A stretch of DNA of 64,000 nt from Siniperca chuatsi. Taxonomy: Eukaryota. The stretch spans positions 24,413,196 through 24,477,195 of the forward strand of contig NC_058053.1 of assembly GCF_020085105.1 (NCBI RefSeq), in the 5' to 3' direction. The notes beneath the pieces are model-generated. The model saw only the letters and a program-made list of their open reading frames with translations. It was not told where the DNA came from and did not search any database. Below are positions 1 to 12,538 of this stretch, one piece after another (position 1 is the stretch's first letter; each line of letters starts with the position of its first letter). A program made the translations under genes and the position numbers.

Positions 1-356
1 ATCTTAAATGTTACGATAGGTCTTGAGAATGATTTTGTGTCTTCAAAACTTTAAGAAGGTGGTTTGTGAGAATGTTTTGTGGAATTACAGTATGTCACGA
101 GTAGCATTATGCTAAAACAACAACAGAGAGGCCAATGTTTAATCCATAGTGTTAAAACATGGACATAGTGGTAGGTTTCTTAAGGTTGTTATAAAGCCTG
201 AAGTTGGGATTAAAAGTTGCCACAATACTATCTGCATAAAACCCAAATATGTGCAATGTCGAGCTTGTTTGGAGCTGAAATGGGTCAAGCAGGCACAACA
301 TACTTCGCTTAATATATTCGCAATAGAAACATAAATGTCAAATCAGACTGTTGCAC

Positions 357-646
357 CTTCTGCAGCGAGTCTGTCAGACGCTCCAGGCGAGGACGCAGGC
401 GCACCGAGACCAGCTCTCGGATGCGGTCTCCATGACGATCAATAACATCCCGGGTGGGGCAGCAGCGGTGGTCACGGTGCAGTGTGGCGGCACACTCCAG
501 GCAGACGGGTAGGTCGCAGGGCTGACAGAAGAGCCGGAGCTCCTGGCCGGGGTGGAGGGAGCAGAGGACGGGGCGGCAGAGACGACCGCGAGTCTTCAGC
601 TCCTCCAGACACTGAACAGAGTGAGATGCTGTTCGCTTCTGCCGCC
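357..646 (-). CDS. trim45: TRIM45 exon 2 (B-box type 2 plus start of coiled-coil). The gene continues beyond the left edge of the window. The 3' boundary is uncertain and could run on to 309.
   Basis: Minus-strand ORF 309-677 encodes CSLHPGQELRLFCQPCDLPVCLECAATLHRDHRC (B-box2 C/H spacing) followed by heptad-like DRHGDRIRELV...LERLTDSLQKV. It aligns with human TRIM45 ...LCPVHPAEELRLFCEFCDRPVCQDCVVGEHREH.... The acceptor tgtctgcag|GCGGCAG is at 646 and phase-matches exon 1 (AG+G). A candidate donor AAG|GTGCAA is at 357. Confidence 0.7.
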
Positions 647-1221
647 TGCAGACAGGAGAGAGAGCAGATACAGACATGTCTGCATGTCAGAATAAACATC
701 CAATTCAGCCTCAGATCTGGTAAAAATATAGCCGGAGATCAGACGTTACCTGCTACTGGCTGGAAGAGAATACAACTGAACATAATATAACTTAAACATA
801 AACTTAAAATAGAACTTCACACGTGCTCTCTGTACCTGTGTCAGCACAAAATAGAATAGAGTAGAACTTAGCTCTGAGCTTGACAGAGTAGAAATGAATT
901 AAGCTTTTAAGTGTGAAAGCTCAAAAGAGTTTCTATTCTTCTATTTTCCAGCAAAAATACCAAACACTCGCTGGTTAAGTGTGAAGAGTTGAAGCTTTTC
1001 TTTCTCATGTGATAGCAAACAATGTCACTGGATTTTAGACTGATGGTTGGATAAAGACGAGCAAATTCAAAACACAAAAAAAAATTAATTAACCAAGTCA
1101 ATGAGCTGCAGATTTATTGATGATGAAAATCATCGTTAGTTGAAGCCCTACAACAGAACCTCACCTATCTGAGCATCACAGCATCAGATAGAATAAATTA
1201 AAACAAAACCTACCTGCGAGC

Positions 1222-1335
1222 TTGACAGTGGTAGAAGTACTAATCACACTGAAAATACTCCAGTGCATGTAAAAGTCCTGCATTCAAAACCTTACTTATG
1301 TCAAAGTAAGTATTATCAGCAACATTTAAGTATTG
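1222..1335. mobile_element. Fragment of a TIR DNA transposon family (CAGTGGTAGAAGTAC... with acttaagtaaaag motifs) inside TRIM45 intron 1
   Basis: It shares the terminal motif family with the elements at 7940-8748 and 9478-9952. Confidence 0.3.
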
Positions 1336-1532
1336 AAAGAAGTTATACTATTACATGTTGTGTTTCTGGATTAATATTACTGCTGCGTTAGTGTGTATGT
1401 TGCATTTTATTGCTGTAGATGTTTAAGGTTGAGCTAATTGTAAACTACTTTAGTTACTGTTGGGTAGTTTAATCTACAGCAATGCATCATATTCCACTGC
1501 ATGCAGCGGTGGAAGCCGGACAGACTCTACCT

Positions 1533-1994
1533 GTGCGCCTGACAGCAGAACTCGCACAGGTTGACGCAGCAGACCTCGCAGCGGCTCTCGGCGCCTCCTT
1601 CGCCGCACAGGTCGCATCCCAGCGGGCCGTCCGTCACCAGGGTCTCCAGGAACACTTCGTCCAGCGCCAGGTGGTCGGTGCTCAGCCCATCCGGTCCCGA
1701 CGGAGGGATGTCTACCTCGGAGTCACAGTCGGGACAGAGCACCGTGACGGTGACGGCGACGGCGGGTCGGTCCTCCTCCACCGCTTCGCCTCTGCGCGAA
1801 GACACCGAGAACGGCTCCAGCTGGCCGATACAGTCGGAGCAGAAGGTGTGCAGACATGGGAGGATTTTAGGGTCCCGGAACAAGCGTTTACAAACGTTAC
1901 AAACCGCCCTCGGGTTCACCGAGACTCCGCTGTGCTCATGTTCCGAGACTAACGTTGGCTGCTCCGCGTTTTCTTTTTGGTCAGACTGCGACAT
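1533..1994 (-). CDS. trim45: TRIM45 first coding exon (Met, RING C3HC4, B-box type 1)
   Basis: Minus-strand ORF reads MSQSDQKEN...CNVCKRLFRDPKILPCLHTFCSDCIGQLEPFSV...LCPDCDSEVDIP...TDHLALDEVFLE...CDLCGEGGAESRCEVCCVNLCEFCCQAHR. This is near-colinear with human TRIM45 (CLEQLEPFSV, LCPVCDAQVDLP, TIDHLAVNDVMLE, CDLC...RCQTCKANLCHFCCQAHR). ATG is at 1994-1992. The exon ends CAC AG|GTAGAG, with the donor GT at 1532-1531. Confidence 0.85.
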
Positions 1995-3333
1995 GGTCTG
2001 CTTTCGGTGACTTGTGGTGCCAAAAACAAAACCAGTAAATACCACTCTGAACCCCACCGAGCTCCACAAACCTGCCAGAACTGAAAGAAAACTTTTCTCG
2101 AACTTTCTTCTGCATTAAAACCGCTAATATGAAACTAAACATCCAGTTGTTGCACTGTGATGACAAACAAATATTTTAATTTCACCTCACTGATTAAAAT
2201 CCCACTTTTCTTCGGGAGAAGCAGGCTCCGTTCACTGCTCCATGAGCCATATGCCACCTCACTCACTACCGGGCCAATAGGAAGCCTCTCACGGACTATC
2301 AGGGGTGGTCCAAGGACTCTTTATTCCAGTCTGGGACTCCGACTGCTCCCATCTACTGGCAGGACAGAACATGTTTTCACTAGGACACTTCAGTATTTTT
2401 GTTTACTACAAAGCTGCTCGATAGCAGAAATAATCTTATTTTTGTATACTAATGCTGAGGTCAAGTTTAGATTTTTTTCCCCCTCTAATATTAACTTTAG
2501 AAAAAAAAAAGCACACCAGCACATTAGTGGTAATTAGATTAGCTACTTATATATATATATATATATAAAAAAAAATCGATAGTTGTTTTTTGTGGTGTGA
2601 ACTAATAAAAATATGCAATTTAAAAAATATATATATATATTTTTAATTTTAATTCCCCCCCTCCTTACCTGTAGTGCTGTTTATCCAATTGCCCAGTTTT
2701 GAAGTTATCAGCTTTAGAGATGTCTGCATTTTTGGAATATAATGACTGGATGGCACTCTGCTTGTGGGGCTCAAAGCACTAAAATATATAAATAAATGAA
2801 TAAATAAAAAAAATATAAAAACTTTTAAGATTTGTTGAGCAGTTTCATGTATGAACTATCAGTAGAAAGACAATTCCTACATGAAACTGCTCAACAAATC
2901 TGTGGCTTATCTTGAGTAATCTTGCTGACACTGTTTCATTTTCTCCACAAGGATGAGCGTTCATCCTATTTTATGTTGTACAGAAAGACAAATAAAAAAA
3001 AAAAAACCCAGCTCAAGCTAATTGGAATTAAGAAACGTTTACTGACAAATAATCTAGATGGAGCCTTCACTGAAAACATGATGTACATCTGAGAAAAGTA
3101 AAAAAGAAAAAGTAAACATTGACTGAGAAAATGCACCACAGAGTTAAATGGTGTTACATGGCAACAACACCCACTGTAATATATTAAAAAACAAATAATA
3201 TAATCTTCGGAAATGACTTATGTAGCTACTTTGAATCATCACTCCTGTCGAATTCTGAAAAAAAAAAAAAAAATCCTGTCACTGAATGCAACGCAGGCAC
3301 ACCCAGGTGCAGAGTTTGTGTGTGTGTGTGCGA

Positions 3334-3446
3334 TTAGGTGAGATGATAGATGCAAAGGACGCTGGTCATCATGCTCAGGTAAGTTGATGCCAGCAGAGAT
3401 GATGCAGCACTGTAGGTGAAGTATGTGTTCCCCGGAACAGCAGAGC
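3334..3446 (-). CDS. vtcn1: VTCN1 (B7-H4) terminal coding exon: hydrophobic C-terminal tail plus stop
   Basis: Acceptor ttccag|GC at 3446, phase 1. It encodes (S)AVPGNTYFTYSAASSLLASTYLSMMTSVLCIYHLT*, with TAA at 3336-3334. A hydrophobic tail is the expected GPI-anchor/TM-like end of B7-H4. Confidence 0.65.
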
Positions 3447-4053
3447 CTGGAAGATATGAAAGGTATGTAATACAATCTGCTTATTATTAATTATAATAAT
3501 TATTATTATTATTATAAAAAAATCTTGTATTTTATTATAATTTTTGTCTAGATTTGTTTGGATTGTGAATTTTGATTGTTTATATCAGTGAATATAATTT
3601 AAAGTTTTCCACCCATTTAGTGTTACACTTCCATAAGTTGAGGGACTTGTCAGAGAAACATTAATTAAGACAGGCTCAAAATCAAAGCAGCAGAGTTCGA
3701 GATATTCTGACTTTTAGTCCCTAATATGGGTCATACAAGGGACTTTTAATAATGCAACTCTGTAGTGTCTCATTATACCCTCCCTGCCTGGTAAATAACA
3801 AACGAATAACAAATCTGAAACTAACCTTGAAGATGTCATCAGAGTTATTTTCTCAGACTTTAGAAAGCTCCTTCAGACCCACAGAAGACATTATACAACT
3901 GTTCTCACAGGCTGAGCAGTACTCCTCGTGATGACTAAACTGTAAAATCAGTGAGGTGCCCCTTTAAGTTTCTCTAGCATACCCTGCTTTGGCTTTTTTT
4001 GACATTGAGATCCACAGATATCCATGTAAAAACAAGTTTTCATAAAAGAATAC

Positions 4054-4311
4054 CTGTTATAGTTGCCTTGGAGATGGCAGTCACCAAGTTATTTTCAATC
4101 CTGTAGGTGTAGGTATCGCTGACACTGACATTGACTGACTGTAGTGTGCTGACTACACTGAATATCCCTGCAGAGTTTTGTGTGAAGTTCGTGTTTCCCT
4201 GCAGGATGTTCCCATCAGGGCCCGACCACGTCACGTTTGGTTTAGGGAGCCACCTGCTCGCCTCAGCAGCCAGGATGCCATTTGAGAACTTAAATGTGGG
4301 GGCTGAAAAGG
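4054..4311 (-). CDS. vtcn1: VTCN1 IgC-like domain exon
   Basis: The 258-nt exon is bounded by phase-1 sites (acceptor tctcag|CC at 4311, donor ACAG|GTATTC at 4054). Protein AFSAPTFKFSNGILAAEASRWLPKPNVTWSGPDGNILQG...SDTYTYRIENNLVTAISKATITG aligns with human VTCN1 ...EAPRWFPQPTVVWASQVDQGANF...YSCMIENDIAKATGDIKVT. Confidence 0.8.
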
Positions 4312-4819
4312 CTGAGACAATGGAAAGTGGTAAGTTTAAAAAAATAAAATAAAATCCATGCGGCAATGTAAATTTTCCAAGGCCAGCTTCAGTCAGCTGT
4401 CACATCGTGTAACTTTGCAATCGGTTGTAAAAACAAGATTATAAAGTCCCAAAAAAGAAAATTAATTAAGTCGAAGGAGCAGCAATACGGTTAAAGAGAA
4501 CAGTGGAAGGAACGCTTTTCATATCCGGCCTCAGCCTGTGATGTAGTCTGACTCAACATATAACTCCTCCTGTGAGCACCCATAAGGGAAGGCTGCTGTA
4601 TAAACAGATAATTGATGACAACATAGTAAAACAGTTTCAGTAATATGAATCTTCATTGGAGACATAAATGTTAATACTGCACATAAATAAATAATGTCTG
4701 TATCTGCTTATAACTACATTATAGTGCGTTATGAACCATTCATCAAATGTTAATATACTGCTTGTAAATGCTAAATAGGGAGCAAACACACAGTGAAACT
4801 GGAAAGACGGTCATCCTAC

Positions 4820-5179
4820 CTGCTGTTCTGAGGTGAATGTTGACCTTTCCCCCTGCATCAGACGAGCTGATGCTGCAGGTGTACTCCCCCTCGTCACTAC
4901 TTCTCACAGTCCTCAGCAGCAGAGAGGCGTTCCCTGTGACTACAGCATCAGGGAAGAGCTGAGTTCTCACTTTGAACTGCGAGTTCTGGTCTCCAAGATC
5001 CGGAGCTCCGTTCTTATACTTGTAAACAAGTCCCGTCAGCCCCTTCTTCTCCCAGGTGACTGACACTTGTTGGAGTGTCGCTTGTGCACTTTGTGTGTAA
5101 AGATAACAGCTGAGAAGCTCATCCTCGCCGAGGTTGCCAACGGGCAATGTGTTGGTACTCATCACCGTGGACGACGAGC
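4820..5179 (-). CDS. vtcn1: VTCN1 IgV-like domain exon
   Basis: The 360-nt exon is bounded by phase-1 sites (acceptor ctacag|GC at 5179, donor GCAG|GTAGGA at 4820). Protein ...[14 protein letters not shown]...[66 protein letters not shown]... matches VTCN1 IgV (GNIGEDGILSC, GLVHEFKEG, VIVGNASLRLKNVQLTDAGTYKC). Confidence 0.85.
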
Positions 5180-5628
5180 CTGTAGGATGAAGACACAGGC
5201 ACAGACTCATAATGGAGAATTATTAGCTTTAACATGGGGGTTGTTATTTTAGTCATGTTTCTCGAGAGATTAAATGTAGAACAACAATTTAAGATTTCAA
5301 TGACATTTAGTGGCAAGTGGTTGTTTTTTGGCACAAATCTAAGAACTTTTAAAGGATTTCTTAAAAAGGATAGATTCACATTTTTTTTTCAAATCTGTCA
5401 TAAAGCAAAGCTCTCCTTGCCAGAGATTTACTAGTCACTGTGAATGTTCCTCCTGCTCCATACTGGCTGTGAGGAGATCCCTTCCCAAAGTGACTCCGAT
5501 GTGTCTTTTCTTTACTGTGCCTGCGGCTCAACAAGGAAACACTGTTGAGCTAAAAACAGCCATAACTTTGGAAGATACCGATTTGTGTCAAGCGCACAAA
5601 ACAGGCAAAGGACCCAAACACAGACAGG

Positions 5629-6800
5629 TGCAGTCAATGATTTAATATGGCTTACTGGCAGGTACACTGGTTGGCAGGCAGGCAGCAACAGGTAAGACAG
5701 GCAGCAAGATAGTCACCAGTAACAGGCAGGCAGATAATAGACCAAATGACAGGAAACAAAAACGGCAGAAGCCAACATAGCACTTGACACGAACTGACAA
5801 AAAAGAGGCCAAGCAGAAGACCTCAGGCAGACGGCCTGGAGGCAAGGCAGGTCCGGAGGATGACCAGATGTGTGGAGCAACTCAGGAGGCCGGCAGCAAG
5901 GGCGGAACCCCTTGGGAAGCCGGTGACATGGCTGAACCAGACACCAGTCGCTGGGCAGCTGAGTCTCTGAGGCGCCGGGCAGCAGGGAGGACAAAGAGCT
6001 GGCTCGAGTAGGCCTGGACAAGACAGATATTGTGGCAAGGTGACCCAAGGAGCGGTTTTGTCGTCTGTCATGAAAACCGGAAAACTGGCTGATTACTACG
6101 AGGGGCTGGAACTGGCTCAGGACCTGCAATGCATGCTCACAAAGCCGAGCCTAATTGACTGGAGTGCAGGGTGATTGCTAGCAGGCCGGAGTGAAGGTTG
6201 GCTAGCAGGCAGGAATGACAGCTGAAGGCTAGCATGCTGGGAGTTAGCTGGCTGAAGATTAGCAGGCCATGAAGCAGGCTGGAGGCTAGCAGGCAGGGAT
6301 ACAGGTTGTGGGTCAGGGGTGTCAAGGAAGTCTTTTGACTCCTCAACCAAGAGAGGACGCTTCCCTGCGTGCCATATTCAGAGCAGCCTGTCCTGTACTC
6401 ATTACAAGGGGCCCTCCTCCAACAGTCTTTGATGTGCAAGAGGTTAAGAAAGGTGCAGTCAATGATTTAATATGGCTTACTGGCAGGTACACTGGTTGGT
6501 AAAACAAAATAATCCAAACGACAGGAAACAAAATGGCAGAAGCCAACATAGAAGTTGAGACAAACTGAGAAAGGAATCAATGAGACTGTATTCACAGGTG
6601 AGGGCAGGATAACTAAACACAGGTGAACTTAATTAGGGCAGAGCAAACAATTCAAACTGCTGGGAAGAGCAAACACACATGGGAAGTAAAACTACCAGAC
6701 ACATGAGGCAAGGAGAATATTTCAAAATAAAACTGGAACTAACCAAACACAGACCCTCAAACCATGACAATTTGATTTGACTAACTGTTCTTTGGAATGC
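5629..6800. repeat. Unclassified interspersed repeat with ~150-bp direct terminal repeats (5629-5790 and 6449-6560) and internal ~20-bp tandem ctagcaggc-type units
   Basis: The string gtgcagtcaatgatttaatatggcttactggcaggtacactggttgg occurs at 5629 and again at 6449. caggaaacaaaa(a)cggcagaagccaacatag follows both copies. The tail at 6540-6790 matches 19440-19640. Confidence 0.5.
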
Positions 6801-7744
6801 ATTGATTTTGGATTTACATTGGATTACCATTAGGAAAGGTCTCTTCATGGCAAATATGGAAAAGAGGAGGAATTATTACAGCGACCAATAGCACCTTCAA
6901 ATTTACATATAGAGAAATGAATATTGTATCCAAACAGACTTGAAAAAATGTGAGCCTTTTCTTCAGCTACTACTACACTTAGTACTTAAGCAGAAACTAA
7001 ATCTGAAACATGTCTCCCATGATTGTCATCGAGTGTATTCTGATGCCTGATCTGGGGCCAGATGCAAATAAAAACATTTTTTTTTACTGTGCAGCCATAG
7101 TTGAAGTATGGGCTCTGAGTGTTTTCTAGCTGTTTCTAACTGTTACTTTAATGTAGGAGGTGCATATTGCAATTGAACTTGCTCTCCAAGAGGCACACAA
7201 ATATCCTTGAAATTCTTTGCAGGTGCTGAGTAGCAAATATCTACACTGAAAGATTAAAAAATACACCAACACTGCTTGTTCATTCCCGAATCTTTTTAAT
7301 TCTATGTAGATATGATTGATAAACCCGATAAATGATAACATGATTAATAGTCCTCTGCAGGTGGGGTAAACTAACCCTCCTAACTCCACCTGAAACCTGA
7401 ACCCTACCATCTGTGGTCAAAACATTGTCAACCATGTCATCAAGCGGTGTGCAGCTATTTTTTCCATCTTCCTTACACAAAAGTTCCCATGGATGTCTCT
7501 ACAAAAATAATTTATCTTAGATGGAAATTCAACTACACATTCAAATGCACTGAGAACATCACACGTAAAACTTGACAGACATACAGATGGTTTTAAATAC
7601 TTGGTGGTGTGTTTCATCAACAAGAATAAATGCTTTTAGATATAGACAAACACAGCATGTGCTGAACACACCCATGTATCCCCTCAGGCCTGACAGAGCC
7701 ATCACCAATGAAAGCAGGATCTCACAAGGATCAGTGGGTCTTAC

Positions 7745-7808
7745 TTGAGAATGCCAAGGCTAAGATGAGGATGATGATGGCCGAGAAAAAGATGATGAGG
7801 GTAATCAT
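7745..7808 (-). CDS. vtcn1: VTCN1 signal-peptide exon (start codon)
   Basis: ATG is at 7808-7806. Protein MITLIIFFSAIIILILALAFS is followed by donor TCAA|GTAAGA (phase 1), joining in frame to the IgV exon (A+GC = Ser). The 4-exon structure and the 264-aa total are typical of B7-H4. Confidence 0.7.
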
Positions 7809-8275
7809 GCTACACACAAAGAGAAACACAAACACAGGAAAGAGTAAGGAAACAGGCACACTGCCAACTTGGGCTAAAAACAACTTGCAAATCAACTTCA
7901 CAGCAACCAGGACAGAAAGTTCTTATATAAATATGTAGACACCCAGTGGTGGAAGAAGTATGCATATGATTTACTTAAGTAAAAGCATCATTACAACAAT
8001 CTAAAACTTCTCATTTAGAAGTAGAAGTTTCGTATCTAAGTAAAAGTACAGAAGTATTATCAGCAAAATGTACTTAAAGCATCAAAAGTAAATGTAGTCA
8101 TTCTGCAGAAAAATGACCCCTGTGATCAGATATATTTACTATATATTACATTATTATTAATGTAATTAGTTACTTAATTGTTACTGATGCATCAATGCAT
8201 AAGTAGCATTTTACTTTTGTAGCTACGAGGAGGAGCTAGTTTTAACTACTTCATATAAAGTTTAACAGTGTAGTC

Positions 8276-8424
8276 CAGTGGTTCCCAACCTAGGGGAAGG
8301 GGCCCCTTTGGAGGGTCACAAAATAAATCTGTGGGGGCGTGAGAAGGTTAATGGGAGAGGACGAATAAATATGTTCTGCTAAAGAAATTTGTATTCTTAT
8401 TTTGGACTTTTCTCTCATCTTTTC

Positions 8425-8504
<80 letters not shown>

Positions 8505-8569
8505 ACTGAAATGTGACAAGAGGCCCCTATTAGACATTGCTTTTTGTACGGGCCAAAAAAGTTGAGAAC
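8276..8569. mobile_element. Nested MITE with 17-bp TIRs CCAGTGGTTC(C/T)CAAC and a (TA)n core
   Basis: ccagtggttcccaacc at 8276-8292 is inverted with ggttgagaaccactgg at 8553-8569. The element sits entirely inside 7940-8748. Confidence 0.5.
8436..8510. repeat. (TA)n microsatellite, about 37 units
   Basis: Direct reading of the sequence. Confidence 0.95.
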
Positions 8570-9477
8570 CACTGGTTTAATATTTAACAGTGCATTGTAT
8601 TTTATAATCTAAAATCGGAAAACTAAGTAGTACAGTACAGGAAGTATTGTACAATAGTACAATATTTCCCTATAAAGTAGCATAAGACAGAAATACTCAA
8701 GCACTGAAGAACAGTTCTTGAGTAAATGTACTTTCCACCATTGTAGACAATGTTTTCCCAATTTTAAAAACCATCAGCAGAGAACACATTTAAACCTTAT
8801 GACCTCACCTGTAGAAAATGATCTGCCCGATGGACGCCATGGCTGCTGACAAAACCTCTTGAGAAGAACAAATGATTCGATCCTGTTGCTCAAGTCAAAG
8901 GTCCAGTCATACCATTCCTCCTAAATATCCACAGACGTCTACTTCCACAGAATGGCAGTCTGCTGTTTTGCCTATTTGGCCTCCCCACTGCACTTTAAAA
9001 ACAACACCATGAGTAAATATTACCTTTAAGGCGTGTGCTTCATACATGACTTGTCACAGAAGCTCATTCATCCTATCAAGATAAAGGTGCTTGGTAGTAA
9101 TTTAAATATCGGCTCTAATTCAGCAGCTTGTGTCTCAGAATGACATTTGGTAAGTTTGATATACTGTAAAAAATGTGATGTTTGAAGTGCAAACTTGATT
9201 GTAGCTATGAAATGGGTTAGGTTATTTATGTGACTGTAGTATTGGCTGCTGCGGGCTAACAATTTGAGATAATCAGTATACGTAAAGGCAAAAGAATGAC
9301 AAGTACCCTGGGTTTCCTCCAACGATTTAATCAAGGTGGAGTGAATTTCAATGTGTCAAGGTGGAAAAGCCTCAGAAACGGCAGAAACAGCATGCATTTA
9401 ACAATTAAACTCCTCACTGAAACCCAAAATGTAATTCTTTTAAGTTTAGCAGCTTTTTTTGTGGAAAATGTCCCACC

Positions 9478-9952
9478 ACATACAGTCAGTGATGGAAAAT
9501 AACTACGTACATTTACTCAAGTACTGTACTTAAGTACACTTTTGAGGTACTTGTACTTTACTTGAATATTTCCATTCACTACATTTCAGAGGGAAATACT
9601 GTACTTTTTACTCCACTACATTTATTTAAAAACTTTAGTTACTAGTTACTTTGCAGATTCACATTATTAATACAAAATATAATCAAGAAATTGTATTACT
9701 ATGGATACAGATGAGACGTTATTGAGCCCTAGTGAAATTCATAAGCTACCCAGCAGTATATATAGTAAATAAAGCCCACCTTTACCAGCTGCAACATTAA
9801 AGGTGATGCTTACACATTGAACTTTTACGTAAGTAATTTTTTGAACACAGGACTTTTACTTGTAACGGCATATTTCCACACTGTGGTATACTTTTACTTA
9901 AGTAAAAGTTCTGAGTACTTCTTCCACCACTGCATACAGTATATATCTGGCA
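9478..9952. mobile_element. MITE-like non-autonomous DNA transposon of the same family (right TIR cagtggtggaagaagtactc perfect, left degenerate)
   Basis: 9931-9952 reads gagtacttcttccaccactg. The interior is rich in tacttaagtaaaagt and gtactttactcaagta motifs. Confidence 0.45.
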
Positions 9953-9982
9953 CAAGAAAATAGAAATACATATCTTAAACAG

Positions 9983-10392
9983 TGGGGTGCACGGTGGCAG
10001 AGCGGCTACAGCTCCTGCCTCCCAATAAGGAGATCGTGGGTTCGTGGGTTCGATTCCCGGACCGGACCAACATCACACAATCTCTCTGGGTGGAGTCTGC
10101 ATGTCCTCCCCGTGTTACCGTGGGTTCTCTCCGGGTTCTCCGGCTTCCTCCCACCGTCCAAAGACATGCATGTGTAGGTTAATTGATAACTCTAAATTGC
10201 CCGTATTGAATGAATGTGTGAGTGAATGGTTGTCTGTCCTTGTCTGTGTCTGTGTTCGCCCTGCGACGAGTTGGCCACTGTCCAGGGTGTGCCCTGCCTA
10301 AGGCCCGAAGTCACTGGGATAGGCTCCAGTCACCCGCGACCCCCTAACGGGGACCAAGCGGTAGAAAATGGATGGATGGATGGATCTTAAAC
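9983..10392 (+). mobile_element. tRNA-derived SINE (teleost type) with (GGAT)n tail
   Basis: The tRNA-like head GGTGCACGGTGGCAGAGCGG...GGTTCGATTCCCGGACC has A/B-box-like segments. The conserved fish SINE core ctgcatgtcctccccgtgt...ccggcttcctcccac...caaagacatgcat follows. The tail is gatggatggatgg. Confidence 0.7.
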
Positions 10393-12538
10393 AGTTACAT
10401 TACATAACTAAATAAAAGACGTAAAGCAAAGAAATCATGTCTGTTTTTCTGTATCTGTGTAGGCTGATGGCCAATATCTGGTATTTCACAAAGGCCATAA
10501 CCTCATTGTGTTCGATCCCTTTAGATTAAACTAGCTGTATTTTTTTTCACCCAGAGATGTCATGGTAAATGAAAAAACATGTGGAGAAAAAAAGGGCGAG
10601 TTCAGAGAGTTTTTGCCAGTATATATATGAAATAAAATTACTTCAAATATGTTCAACTCCAGGGTTTAGTACAGTCTAGTTTGACTGCAAATACACTGAA
10701 TATGTACCAGGAGAGAAACGAGACAAACACCATCATCATGGGAAAGCACAAAGAAGCGAAAGAAACCTGGCATGTCCGCTGAAAAATTCTGCCAACCTCA
10801 AAGTCTGCATGTGACAGATGCTATGATATATGCACGAGCAACCACATGAAATAAGAAATAGTAGTATCAGTTTCCATATTATAAACTCAAACATGTGAGA
10901 AAAATTTAATGCAAAGCTAATTTCCAGCACTGGAATCCACTTCTGTTGTCACAGAAGTGGAGAAGGCATTTAGCAGTACATGTTTCTTATCTGTATGGTT
11001 GTTACCCTGTTTTTGCTGGCTTTACATCTTCATAAACCGTTAAATCACATAAAGTACATAGTTTCTGCTGTTTGCTTTGTAGCACACTCACACATATTCT
11101 GAGTGTGCGACAGTGAAATCATTCTCAGTTAGATGTGTGACACAATGAATCAAGAATTTCTTATTTCTTTTTAACATACAGTAGATACCGGATGCAGCAT
11201 TGCAAAACAAGCCTTTTCATTTAATTTTGAGCTCAGGTTTAGATAAAACCTGCTTGAATCCAGTCCATTTTCCCAGTTATTACATATTAAATAGCTCAAG
11301 TAAAACATAAAAGTCAATTATGTTACTACTTGTCAATTGAATTCATTCATTATTCTCTGCATCCCACAGTGTTGAGAGTAAACTACCAGTTTTGGAAAAT
11401 GATACTGCAAAAAAAGTCAGAAGGACCACAGCAACAGAACAACTATAACCATATTTTTCTTTTTAGAAGTCATTCAAAATAAAACACTTTCTGCTGATCT
11501 AACATTGGCAGACCAAGCTAGCATGGTTGCTGTGATGATACGTGTTTTGAAGATTATATTCTAGCATCATTTGTACAACACAGTGATGCACGTGTATGTC
11601 ATGTACTGTTGTGTATAATTGTATGTGTCTTGTCCTTCTTTAGTGTTGTTCCATCATTGTGTGTATGTTTTAACTTTGACCTGCCAAAGGACTGCAGATG
11701 GAAATTAGCTTTCAGCTAACTCAATTCATAAATGGCAACATTTATGTTTAAAGGAATATTTTCCAAGGGCGTAGGTTTAGTCTCGACATTGGTAGGGACA
11801 CAACAACCCACCCCTTACATAATTTGACGTAGCCTCTGGGAGGGCATATCGAAGTTATCTAATATGTCTTCACTCCAAAGATAATACAAATATTGGTAAG
11901 GACAATTCTGTCCTCCCAAAATATTGGTAAGGACATGTCCCTACCGTCCATATGCAAACCTACACCCTTATAGGAAACAGGCCTGCTTTCCTTTTGGGGG
12001 TGACAAAAGTTGACACCACTCTTTTGTCTGTGCATTAAGTACGGAGCTAGAGCCAGAAGGCGGTTAGCTTAGCTTAGCATAAAAATCAGAAGCAGCGGGA
12101 AAAAGTGAAATGATATAAATTATTGATACTATCAACCATGATAATTTGCTTCTTCTTGAACGATTTGGATCCCAAGCTTGAAAATGTATTGTGAAAATGA
12201 CTGGTGGTCAAAATGAGGATCTCTTTGCTTTCTATGACATTTGTCTGGGAAAATCCTCTTTGGTTATTAAGAGAAGTAAAACCACACGGTACCATCATTG
12301 TGAAAGTGCTTAAGGCTGGCACATTGTGATTAATCACTGTATCACTGTCCAGATGTAGACTATTTATAGGTGAAATATGCTTTGTTCATGTAGTTGACAG
12401 TTTTTCCACTCAGCCTGTTTGAACATCTTCTGAGCGGAAAAAAAGAAGATAATTCAACTTTAGCAGCCTTGCAACAGAAGATCTTAATTTTTTTTAATTT
12501 TTTTTTATCATTTTTCAGTCTGACACTCTTCAGCCAGG

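Larger units (their letters stand above)
7940..8748. mobile_element. Non-autonomous TIR DNA transposon (TIR CAGTGGTGGAAGAAGTA...) carrying a nested insertion
   Basis: The left end at 7940 is cagtggtggaagaagtatgcatatgatttacttaagtaaaag. The degenerate right end near 8733-8748 is gtactttccaccattg. The interior has acttaagtaaaagtac-type motifs. Confidence 0.45.

Noticed and set aside
11782-11947. Short inverted repeat GGTAGGGACA...TGTCCCTACC with duplicated tattggtaaggaca between; possible approximately 165-bp MITE
   Set aside because: The TIRs are only about 11 bp and no TSD is visible. It is too weak to call.
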